Assembly: GCA_051530055.1 (NCBI GenBank)
Contig: CM121341.1
Span: 18,330,784 to 18,394,783, forward strand
Reading direction: 5' to 3'
DNA: 64,000 bases
DNA from: Neoechinorhynchus agilis
Taxonomy: Eukaryota > Animalia > Acanthocephala
Part shown: positions 9,960 to 21,223 of the stretch, in pieces
How positions within the stretch are numbered: the stretch's first letter is position 1
Layout of the letters: each line of letters begins with the position of its first letter
Translations under genes and position numbers: made by a program
Notes under the pieces: model-generated
What the model was told of the DNA's origin: nothing
What the model saw: the letters and a program-made list of their open reading frames with translations, nothing else
The model's database searches: none

Positions 9960-12900
9960 TCTTCTCCAGTCCTTAATTTCGCTCCTGTCATCTCTCATAC
10001 CCCTTTTCCCTCGTCCCTGCACTCTAAGTCTCACTCTGCTCCATCATTAAACCTCCTCGGCCTCATCTAAATCCTCCACCTCCTCTCTAGCACCCAGTGC
10101 TGCTGGAAAAACCATAAACCCCTCTCATCCTTCTACGATTACGTTTCAACGTTAGCCCCATCAAAACCTACCACCTTCTCTCCTGTATCCCGATTTTCTA
10201 GTAAAAAGCACACACCCCTACCATCCTTCAACGACTACGTTAAGCATCCCTCGTCTCGTAAATTAACTCCACCTAAAACCCTCTCATCCTTGCCACACCC
10301 TACCAAATCTGGAAATTTTCGCTTCGCCCCTCAGAAGCGAAAAATACCTTGGACGCGCACACTACTTCACCTCTTACCACCACCTCCTCAACTCCCAATA
10401 TCCTCTTCTCCCCCGAGTTCATACCGCATGCACAGTTCCCATCCTTATGGTCCCTACACTCAAATCACCCCTTACTACAGTGTCCACCCACGAACCATCG
10501 GTCAACTCCCATCCCTTCTCTCTGTGCGCAGCTTCAACCCTCTCCGTCAGTGTCCATCCCTCGTGTCCCTTCTAAACATCCCTTTCCAATAATCTTTTAT
10601 TCTAACATCCGCAGCCTCCTCCCCAAACTGGAAGAGCTCCATATAGTGGCCTCTTCTTGCAACGCCGAAATCCTTGTAATTACGGAAACATGGCTCTCAC
10701 CCCATAGCAAATTATCTGCCTTCCTTCCAAGTTTTCAAGCTTTTCACCTCACAGGGGACTTCTGAAACGGGGAGACATATCAATCTTTTCCCCAGATCGC
10801 CTCGTCTGACCATTGTTCCATCCTTCTCTCCCACACATCACCTTAAAAAAGTTCCTTTTCCGAACCCTACGTTGTCTGGGATAAGCGTGATCATCATACC
10901 CACGCCTTTGCTGCATGTGTTAATTCACTTATCACGCAAAACCGCTCTACCATCTTTGGTACCCACCCCTCCATTGCAATGGGCTCTTTGTTAAATTTAA
11001 TAGAATCTGCGATGAAGGCATCCTTTCCTCGCAAAACAATACGAATCTCGAACGGCGACCCTCCATCGTTTTCGCCTTTTCTAAAAACCCTTCAAATCCA
11101 GGTCACCAAATCTTTCCTGTCAGGTAATCCTGCTTACCCCTCCCTCCACTCCACACTGACAAAACGCATCCGTATAGCCCGCAAATTATTCCTCTCATCT
11201 AGTCTCTCGTCCGTTCCCAATCGAAACTGGTGGCGTGAAATAAAAAATGTCACTGGTTTTGGTAGATCCACCTCCCTTCGCATCTCTCCCCAAATCTGAT
11301 CTTCTCTCAATCCTCAACCCTCCCCATTGTCCCAACCTCCCTTCTCACTTTTGGACCCGGCCATTCATACATGCACTTCTTTAGTTTCCCCTCTCGAAAT
11401 CATAAAGATCCTTAAACGCCTGCCCCGCCATTCTTCACCTAATTCGACAATCCCAAATTGGACCATTCGTTTCATCATCCCGGAACTTATCGATTCTCTA
11501 ACGCACATAACGAACCTTAGCTTTCTATTAGGCTCTTTCCCATCGTGTCTTAAAGAAGCCCGTTTCGTCCCCCTACCCAAAAACGATAAGCCGATTTCCC
11601 CCACATCCCTTCGTCCCAACCCGCCTACTTCCATTCTTCCTCAAAAATATCTCCCCTTCCCAATTCGCTTTCCGTCCCAATTACTATTGTTCTGATGCCC
11701 TCCTTGTGCACAGCTTAGATTCCAGTCCAGCATCAACCGTCCGTCTCGTGCAACTGGATATTTCCAGGGCGTTCGAGTCGGTAGATCACTCCCTTCTTCC
11801 CCAATCATGTGCTTCCTTTGGCCTCCCAACTTGGCAACTCGCTTGGATTTCCTCGTTCCTCTCCAACCGCGAACAATATATCCAATGTGGAACTTCTTGT
11901 TCCTACTCTCTGCCCATATTTAAAGGGTCCCCCAAGGCGCCGTACTTTCCCCTCTCCTGTTTGACATTTTTCTAAATGACCTCCATCCCCTCGCTCCCTC
12001 TACCAAATATTTTCTTTATGCAGATGACCTCACAGTCATTACCATCGCATCTCCCTTTCTCTCCCTCTCCACAACCATGGACGAGCTCAACCATCTCATT
12101 TCCTCGCTCTCCACCCTAAACCTCTCCCTAAATTTATCCGAATCTTTTGAGCTTGTCCCCCACATTTCCAGACGCAATCTTATCCCAGCGCCTCTCCCTC
12201 TCCCTCTCCCCATCCAACACTCCTCTTCTCTCCGAATACTGGGCGTGATTTTACAAGAAAACCTTGAATGGGATGCCCACATTTCATTTACAGTCTCTAG
12301 AGCAAACTCTCGTCTTTACCTTCTCAAACTCCTCCGGCGTCTCGGCATATCCCCTAAACACCTTGCCCACTTTTATCTTTCTGCCATCCTTCCTATCCTT
12401 ACATACGCTTTCCCCACTTTCCTCGCCCTCTCCGTCAATGTTCTTTATTCCCTCGAAACCTTGCACAAGAGAGCAGCGAGAATATGCGGGACTTCACGCC
12501 CTCCCCTCGACTCCCACCTCCACTCCATTTTCTCCAAAAACGCCCTCCGTCTTCTTCAATTCCCTCCACAATTTCCTTCCTTCATCTCTAAATACTCTTC
12601 CTTCGTAAACACCCGTAACCCCAGCCTTTTTCTTCCCCCCTCCCTTGCTCGTACCACCCTCTATCAAAAATCTTTCTTCCCCCAAGCCCAATCTTTCCTT
12701 AATAACCGGAGAACAAGGAAAGACTCCTAATCGGTCATCTCCTTTACGAACCCTCCGATCGCACATTAACATGCCTTCAAAAACAAGTCCCACCTCCCTT
12801 GCCTTCAACATCCATCATCAAGACACCTTTCAGCAAAGATAGATGCTGGTAAGTGCGTGGATCGTGCTTTTTTCTACATAAATAAAACGTGTTTATATAA
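9960..12900 (+). mobile_element. L2/CR1-group LINE (APE endonuclease + RT), degenerate, near full ORF2
   Basis: YSNIRSLLPKLEEL...ILVITETWL (APE), QLDISRAFESVDH, TAT-GCA-GAT-GAC (YADD) at ~12017, C-terminal ANSRLYLLKLLRRLG...RAARICG. The 3' end AATAAAACGTGTTTATATA is shared with the 62.26-kb copy. Multiple frameshifts. Confidence 0.88.
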
Positions 12901-13329
12901 TCTACTTTAGACAAAATTGCGATCTTAATAATTATTTGAAATTAGCTGTTGCTCTGTAGTATAATGCACATACACCTAATACATTTTCTTATAAAAGATT
13001 TTTAATGGAAAAGTTATTGGAACTATAATCATAGTGATCAATTTCGCTGATAATTTTACGACACGTTAAATAAAAAATTTTAAAATACAGCACAGAAATA
13101 TGTGAGAATAAAGGAATAAATTTTTGTTGTAAGTAATTTACATTAAGAAAGTTAATCTGTTGACTCAAAAGCTTTGCGTTCCTGCTCAGTAATAAAATTT
13201 AGCATTTGAAATATTTTACTTAATGAATTTTTACATTAAACTAGCAATTTCATTAATTAAAACTCACAATGATCCCTGCATTTGGATAAATAAACATTTT
13301 TCTTTACGTTTCCATGAAAACGAAATATG

Positions 13330-15720
13330 GGGTGAATTTTATCCTGTGTTATCGTGGCATCTGATATTGAAATGAAAAGCCGAGTAAGCGGAGGACAGTT
13401 TCAAGTTTATTTGTTTGATGATCAAGTAAATGTGAGAAATTCAAATGTTTTTGACAAAGTCAAACTTCGACCATCTTCTGGTTGGAATTGTTCTCTATAC
13501 TATTTTTATCGACAATTCTAGACGAGGAATCAATATATTTGATTTCCATAACGACTGGACAGGACGCTTTCAAAGGAGAGTTCACGCCAAAAATTTTGTT
13601 CCGCTTGATAGGAAATCATGGATACTCACCGTGTTTTGCTCTCACCTGTCCACTTTCAGGCAAAAAAGCTTTTCAAGAACGTAATCTGGATCAATTTCTT
13701 GTAAAATCGCCAAATGTTGGAGTGGTAGGTAGGTACCTTTCATGAAATAATTTCTAATTCTTTTAAGATTGAATTTGTTGCACTTGGATATGAAGGTAGA
13801 AGTACTGGTCGCTGGATCGTAAATTCAATTTTGGTTAAATCAGTGGACGATGATGATTTTCATTCGTGAGACCTTTAAACAAATGGACGAAAATTCTGCA
13901 TTATCTATAGTTTTAATCCGTGTTCTAAATGGGATTCATCGAAAGAGCGAGTGGCGATATTCCAGGAAAATGTTGGATTTTTGGAGCGCGGTACGTGCCA
14001 GACTTCTTCTTTTGTCACTTTAATTTTTTTGCTTAAGCGGCACAAAATGAAAAGGTTGTCCACATTTTGTCATGTCAAGAATTACTTGCAACTAATAAGC
14101 AAATGTTGCAATTTTATGAAACCCATGAAAGGAAACGACGACTTGAAAAAATTAGAGTAATGGGTTAGATAATATTGAAGGGGTCAAAGCAACATAGATT
14201 TCTAAACAGACTTCGATTTTACTCATTACGAAATCAGGATTATAACGAGTGAAAAAAACTTTGCAATCGAACCTCATATTGGCGACAAAATTTACTTTGT
14301 TCTGATTGGTCCAAAAGGAAGAAGTGACAGAATTTATTTGGGAGATTATCCGGAACTACGACGAAATCCTCTTTCTCCAATGACAGTGATTTCGATTGAT
14401 GTTGTGTACATAAGAAAAGTCGGCAAGGTATTTGCTATCCTGCCGTATGTTAATTTTTTCCCAAAAATATTTTTAACAAATACTTAAGCGATAAATCTTA
14501 TATAAGACAACTTTTGAAATATTTTTAAATTTAAAAGTAGCCATAGATTCGATCTCGAAAAAACGGGCGATTCGGAATGGTCGGCCAAGAACGTCGTCCT
14601 TTGTAAAGCAGAAAACATTGATCAAATAACAAGCACTTTTTATTTTCTAGATTCAAGAAGTTGAAATAGGAATTGATGAGGAAGTCCAGGTTGAAAACAT
14701 TATTGACAGTCTTCTGATCCGTGACTACCGCACCAAGGACGTTTATCGTTCACAGTCTCTTAGTGAAGTTCTCAGTAATAAGGACATCGTTAAAATTGAA
14801 GGCAGAAAAATATTAAAGGCGAAGAAGCTAAGACATAAGCTTGTTGATATTAGTAAGCGTTAGAACATTTGCGTAGACTCAATCACAATTTAATATAAGG
14901 AGGAGAATACACGGCTTTTATTCGTACACGAAATCGTTCAAGTTCAAAAGCTAAACAAAACGCTCGCTTTAGTATCGTGTTTAGACCAACACAGTGCGAG
15001 GCGGACAATGCAATCGATGAAATTCCGATTCCAATCGAAGACAAGAATAACAATTTATGGAAAGATGGCGTTTCGGCATTCAGACTGCCGTCCAAACGGT
15101 TTTATCCATTTGTAATTCACGAGGTTCTTATTTTTCATGATGGAGATGCAGAAAGTAAATGGATTTGCGACTGGATCGACATCTACCACCGACCAACAAA
15201 TACTTTTTCAAAGTTGGTGTATGACGGTGGTTGAGTTAACAGTTTAATTTTTCTCCTTTAGATACTTTAACAATATTCAGAGGGTAGTGAGATTTCCAAG
15301 TGGACGCTGTGTATCGGTCCTGAAGTTAGATAAAACGTGGTTCGCGCTTTCGAATTCCAGACGAAAATTTCAAGCAAAAATTAATGAAAAGGAAGTACAG
15401 CCTGGTTCCGCCCTGAATTCCTTAGAAACTCCACCGATCACTATAAGTCCACAGGAATATTACCAAATGCTGGCGCATCCGTCGATAAACGAGGCTGATG
15501 ATTTAAGTAGTGGAAAAATGGAAGACGAATTTTCGGAAATGGATAACCTTCTTTGTTTTCACAACGATTTTAAAGAATGTTAAGAAATTTATCAATTGTG
15601 GTTAAAATGTTCAAAACTTTTTTTACTTATTTTTAGAAAAATCGAAGTAAATGAGGACAAATATGGATTTTAGGGAATGAAATGAATCGAAAATGACGAA
15701 CGCACTGTTAAAAAATAAAC
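13330..15720 (+). CDS. Multi-PLAT (LH2) domain protein, LOXHD1-like architecture, multi-exon
   Basis: At least three PLAT-like units: YLISITTG...FRLIGNHGYS...DQFLVKSPNVG / IEFVALGYEG...RWIVNSILV; KIYFVLIGPKGRSDRIYL; YTAFIRT...IHEVLIFHDGDAESKWICDWIDI. Separated by short GT-AG introns. Boundaries approximate. Confidence 0.65.
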
Positions 15721-15959
15721 CTGCAATCACATGCTAATTTATGTATTAGTCGAATTTAAACACGACACTCAAAATAAATAGGCGTGGAAAGCTCCGCACC
15801 TTACGTCAGATGCAAACAAGGAAAAGTATTGGATCTTTAATGCCCTTTCGAGAATTTTTCAAGCTTTATAAACCATAAAATATTTATGCTCAAGGGAGCA
15901 TTCTCTGAATAAAAGACTTGATTCCTTCACTTTCCCGCGGCATCCGACGAGTCACCTCC

Positions 15960-16460
15960 CTCAGAATTCTGAGTATCCAAATTTAAAGAAATCTGAAATG
16001 GGGCTCGCAGACTGTACTTTTCCTGGAACGCCACCGCCATTTAGGAGTCCCTTCGCTCGATCTCCAAATTTTACAACAGCTTTGTGTTACCTTCCCTCAC
16101 CTACGGTTATCCCGTCTTTCGCAACCTGTCCAACTCAAAAATCCATCGCCTTGAAATGTTTCATAGAAGTCTCCAAAATTTGCACAATTTATTTTCCAAC
16201 GCTCATTGAATACCTTTATAATTTTTCAAGAAACAATCAAAACGCCTATCAACCCTACCGTCACAATTTTTACCGCATTTTATTCCCCTTTTTGCATGAG
16301 CACAACACTCACAATCGCAATTCCTTTAATCCTCGGCCCGAAATGAACCGGAGGAAAGACCAAACCTAACACTCATCCCAATAACCAATTCCCACACAAT
16401 CGCACCCGTCATCCACTATAAGATAAACAACCACGTTCAAGAAGCATATTATTTAGTTCT
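15960..16460 (+). mobile_element. Diverged LINE (L2/CR1-group) 3' fragment
   Basis: One frame reads SKFYNSFVLPSLTYGYPVFRNLSNSKIHRLEMFHRS, aligning to AHFYLSAILPILTYAFPTF...LETLHKRA of the 9960-12900 LINE. Confidence 0.6.
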
Positions 16461-16788
16461 AGTGTTCACGAGGAATCCAAGATACATTGTTTCTCTACTT
16501 TGAACAATAAATCGTGTTATCAGTGTGGTGAGTGTGCTTCACACAGATTGTTTGCATTGTTAAAACTATTTATCGATTTTTTTACTGTTAATTATTAAAA
16601 ATTAATTTTTTTGAATTCTATACTCTGTTCAATGTAAGCTCAATATTTTTGTTTTCTATGCTTTGTGTGTGAATTAAAAAATTAGATAAAATGCACTGCT
16701 GTGCTAATTCTTAGATTTTTCATGCCTTTACAACTCGACTATCACAACCCCAGCTTGATGCTTCAATTTCATTTACTGATTATATGTC

Positions 16789-16911
16789 TTATTTAGGTCT
16801 TAACCCAATAAAGATTTTTTATTGAAGATGTTTCGAACCAAACTGATGATAAATCCGACGTGGTTCGAAACGCCTTTAATAGAAAAATGCTTACTGTAAA
16901 GATCTAAATAG
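16789..16911. repeat. Short fold-back element with degenerate hammerhead
   Basis: Arms TTATTTAGGTCTT...TTTTTATTGAAGATGTTTCGAACC / GGTTCGAAACGCCTTTAATAGAAAAA...AAGATCTAAATAG. Contains CTGATGAT...GGTTC-GAAACG. Confidence 0.6.
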
Positions 16912-16925
16912 CACCTCTAATCAAT

Positions 16926-17056
16926 AGAACTGCTCAACAAGCTGGACGAAGTATCCACTTCGATGTCGTTACTTTAACCCATTTCACATATCTACACGCC
17001 TTGCCGTAAGACGGCGAAAGCTCGAAAATAAAGATTTTTCTTTATTGTTACAACAG
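16926..17056 (+). repeat. Dispersed ~120-130 bp repeat, copy 1 (copy 2 at 18351-18465)
   Basis: Shared AGAACTGCTCAACAAG...CTTCGATGTC...GCCGTAAGACGGCGAAAGCT...ATAAAG...CAACAG. Confidence 0.7.
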
Positions 17057-17257
17057 ACCGCCCAAGTGTCAATTTAAAAACAAAACATGAGCTATAAATA
17101 CACATAATTAAATTATAACTTTCTTCCTCTAATAATCAATGGTCGTTGCAGTATTGTAATCGCTATGAGTTTTCCGGTAATTTATTTTATAAAGTCTCTT
17201 GCTTAGTCTGGCTCAAAAAATCTAAAAACAAATTAGTACTGACCACACATACAGCAC

Positions 17258-18284
17258 TGTTGAAAAGATAATTCATTGTTATTTGTTGATAGGAGAGATA
17301 AATGAAATTAAGATTTTATTGGATATTTCGATCCACTATCTCGGATCTTCTTCAGTGATCTAAAACACATATAACAGGGATTCTCAATTCACGCGTCACA
17401 TAACATCCTGTAAGAGTCGCATCCTTAATTTGAAATCAGGTTTATTGCCCTCGAACGTTTCGAACCTATTTATATATAAGGATTCGATGATAATACGTTC
17501 GAAACGCCGACCATTGCAGACTAGTGTTGTAGCGCCACTAAAATCAATAGTGTGCCCTGTGTTTTTTGCATGGGCCACCACCGCGGAACTAATGTCCGTG
17601 TTGCGAACAACTGATGATTCGTGCTCCTTCATCCGTCGGGTGAAATTGTTGGTCTGCCCCACATAGACGTCTTCGCAACCGGAGCACGGCATTTTGTAGA
17701 CCGCACCAGATGACTGTTGGCCATTCTTGGGACATATCAATCCGTGTAGATTGCGTCCCCTCTTTGTGTATACATTTACTCTCTTGACCTCACATCCTGA
17801 TTTTATGATGCGCTCCATAGCAAGATACGAATGATCATCAGGGAATGGCAGTTCAACGTAGATCTCTTCCTTTTTAGACTTTGTCTCCCCATTGAAGGTA
17901 TGACGCACATTCCGAATGCACCGTTCGACAAGATGGAGAGGATAACCATATCGACCTGATATGTACTTTAGGTAATCAATCTCCTCGTTACACAACTTAG
18001 CGTTGCTACAATGTGTAAGAGCACGGTGGATGAGTGACCTAATCCTCGAAATTTTGTATTTGCGAGGTTGGGCTGATGTCCATGGCACACCTCTCTTTCG
18101 GTACACCCTGGTCGTGTAGTTTCCACTGGCTAATCGGTATATCCACACATCCAGGAACGGAAACTTACCATGGTCCTCCTCGATCGTCCACTGAATATTG
18201 TCGTCCCTTCCATTCAGTTCATGTTTAAGGCGATTCATATTAGTCTCTGAAGGGTCGATCAACAGGAAGGTGTCGTCCACATAT
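17258..18284 (-). mobile_element. Inverted 5'-truncated copy of the adjacent Penelope-like element (RT end, GIY-YIG, 3' pLTR with hammerhead core)
   Basis: ORF 17396-18280 is near-identical to the C-terminal half of 19213-20769 and keeps the intact GIY-YIG VYKMPCSGCEDVYVGQTNNFTRRMKEH. The pLTR has CTGAAGA-A-GATCC...GGATC-GAAATATC. Confidence 0.92.
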
Positions 18285-18350
18285 CTGAAGCGATGATGTT
18301 TCCGTAGACAATGCGAATAAGAATTCTGGACATCCGCTCGACAGAGCCCC

Positions 18351-18465
18351 AGAACTGCTCAACAAGTGAGACGAACTTTCCGCTTCGATGTCATTAATTT
18401 AAAGCACTTTACATGCCGTAAGACGGCGAAAGCTTGAAGATAAAGTATCTTTATCATTGCAACAG
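18351..18465 (+). repeat. Dispersed ~120-130 bp repeat, copy 2
   Basis: Direct-repeat homology to 16926-17056. Confidence 0.7.
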
Positions 18466-18612
18466 TTCCTCAGGGTTCCCCGCTGTCCCCTATACTCTTC
18501 TGCCTCGCCACCCAGTTTATCATACAGAACTGCAGGGTTTGCAAAGCCACCTCCACCTCAGACTTCGAAGATAGCCGTGAGTTGTCTCATTTGCGCACTC
18601 ACTCTAAACTCT

Positions 18613-21008
18613 AAACGTTCGAGGGCAATAAACCTGATTTCAAATTAAGGATGCGACTCCCACCGGATGTTATGTGACGCTTGAATTGAGAATCCCTGTT
18701 ATATGTGTTTTAGATCGCTGAAGAAGATCCGAGATATTGGATCGAAATATCCAATAAAAATCTAAATTTCATTTATCTCTCCTATCAACAAATAACAATG
18801 AATTATCTTTTCAACATGACTAAGCAGATATATGGAGATCTTGCTTTTAAAACACTCAGGGATTCAGAGAAAAATGGTATACAGAATATGCGGGCAATAA
18901 TGGCAGTAGACTTTCTCAGAACATGTAAAACTATGAGGTTTTTCCGACTTTTCTTCGCCTAAGATCAACAGCACGGGGATTCCGTGATTCTAGCAGTCGA
19001 AAGGGCATGATGTTCAATCGCACGGATGGGACAATCAGATCGATGTCTGGCAAGGTTAGAGAAACAAAAGGCGAACTATTCAAGCTGCACCGAGGATAAT
19101 CGATTATAGGATCAGGTTAGAGAAGATCGCAATGACAACGGAACGTGATAATCTAAATATCCCGATCTGAAAACTTGAGCGTTTCTATGAATCTGTCTTC
19201 AAGAATCGTGGGGTGAATTTCAATGTATCACAAAGGATGTTAAGAGGGGTCAATATGCTCAAGTCGCTCACGCAGATAGTTCCAGTGAAGATCGATAAAG
19301 GATATGAGTATTGTGTATTAAGTCAGCAACAGTATATAAGTGCTGGAGAGGAAATCTTAAATGGAGTCGAATTTGCAAGAATATCAAGATGCCCAACGTC
19401 TAGTCGTGAAAAAGAATTCAATTCTTTTCTTTTGAACCTTAAAAAACAAGGCAAGCTTCCGGATGGGGATTATAAGATCCTTAGCTCAACCGATGCGAAA
19501 ACGCCCAAAATGTATTTGCTTGCGAAAGTACATAAAGAGCCTATCAAATTCAGACCAATAATTGCGACACACTCCACTTTCTGCACGAACATCTCAAGGA
19601 GAGTAGCTGGTATGTTGAGGAGCGCAATGGGATCTTCAGAGAGAGTGGTTTCCTCGGGAGTGGATTTCGTTTCAAGATTGAAATCGTCTTGGAATTCCCA
19701 GTATAGGATGCTGTCGGCAGATGTGATCTCCCTCTTCACCCAAATTCCTGTCTATGTGGCAATAGATCTCGCACTTCCTCTCCTGTCTACGAACGCTGAA
19801 TGGAATTTAACTAATAGCGACTGGCGAAAGCTATTGCAGTTTTGCACCAGATTCTGTAACTTCCAGTTCAACGGCATCGACAATGACCAGAAAGATGGAG
19901 TAGCCATGGGCAGCCCGTTAGCTCCTGTGCTTGCTGAGCTGTATATGCGGCACTGGGAGGACGAACATTTGCCGTCGATACAGGGGGTTAATATCTGGTT
20001 CAAATATGTGGACGACACGTTCCTGTTGATCGACCCTTCAGCGACTAATATGAATCGCCTTAAACATGAACTGAATGGAAGGGACGACAATATTCAGTGG
20101 ACGATCGAGGAGGAGGACCATGGTAAGTTTCCGTTCCTGGATGTGTGGATATACCGATTAGCCAGTGGAAACTACACGACCAGGGTGTACCGAAAGAGAG
20201 GTGTGCCATGGACATCAGCCCAACCTCGCAAATACAAAATTTCGAGGATTAGGTCACTCATCCACCGTGCTCTTACACATTGTAGCAACGCTAAGTTGTG
20301 TAACGAGGAGATTGATTACCTAAAGTACATATCAGGTCGATATGGTTATCCTCTCCATCTTGTCGAACGGTGCATTCGGAATGTGCGTCATATCTTCAAT
20401 GGGGAGACAAAGTCTAAAAAGGAAGAGATCTACGTTGAACTGCCATTCCCTGATGATCATTCGTATCTTGCTATGGAGCGCATCATAAAATCAGGATGTG
20501 AGGTCAAGAGAGTAAATGTATACACAAAGAGGGGACGCAATCTACACGGATTGATATGTCCCAAGAATGGCCAACAGTCATCTGGTGCGGTCTACAAAAT
20601 GCCGTGCTCCGGTTGCGAAGAGGTCTATGTGGGACAGACCAACAATTTCACCCGACGGATGAAGGAGCACGAATCATCAGTTGTTCGCAACACGGACATT
20701 AGTTCCGCGGTGGTGGCCCATGCAAAAACACAGGGCACACTATTGATTTTAGTGGCGCTACAACACTAGTCTGCAATGGTCGGCGTTTCGAACGTATTAT
20801 AATCGAATCCTTATATATAAATAGGTTCGAAAAGTTCGAGGGCAATAAACCTGATTTCAAATTAAGGATGCGACTCCCACCGGATGTTTTGTGACGCGTG
20901 AATTGAGAATCCCTGTTATATGTGTTTTAGATCACTGAAGAAGGTCCGAGATAGTGGATCGAAATATCCAATAAAATCTTAATTTCATTTATCTCTCCTA
21001 TCAACAAA
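18613..21008 (+). mobile_element. Near full-length Penelope-like element (Penelope/Poseidon type) with direct 5' and 3' pLTRs
   Basis: pLTRs at ~18613-18816 and ~20825-21008, each with a hammerhead core. The ORF begins at ~18797 (frameshifted). RT has QKDGVAMGSPLAP, KYVDD and FPFLDV, followed by GIY-YIG with CxxC. There is a 1-nt frameshift in an A-run near 20720. Confidence 0.93.
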
Positions 21009-21223
21009 CATACAGCATTTTTTATTATGGGTTCATAAAGCAAAAAACGTACACTAATTGTTTCCGGCATTCAAATTTGAATTTCATTAGTATCCATCCT
21101 AGAAACATCGAATCGTGCTAGTGTAACCTTTTTCTTCAAAGGGCTTGGTTCGACCTTGCTCTTCCCCAAATCCAATTTTGTGGCTGTAGCCAATGTCCAG
21201 TAGCGTTGGAAGACTGAACGGTC

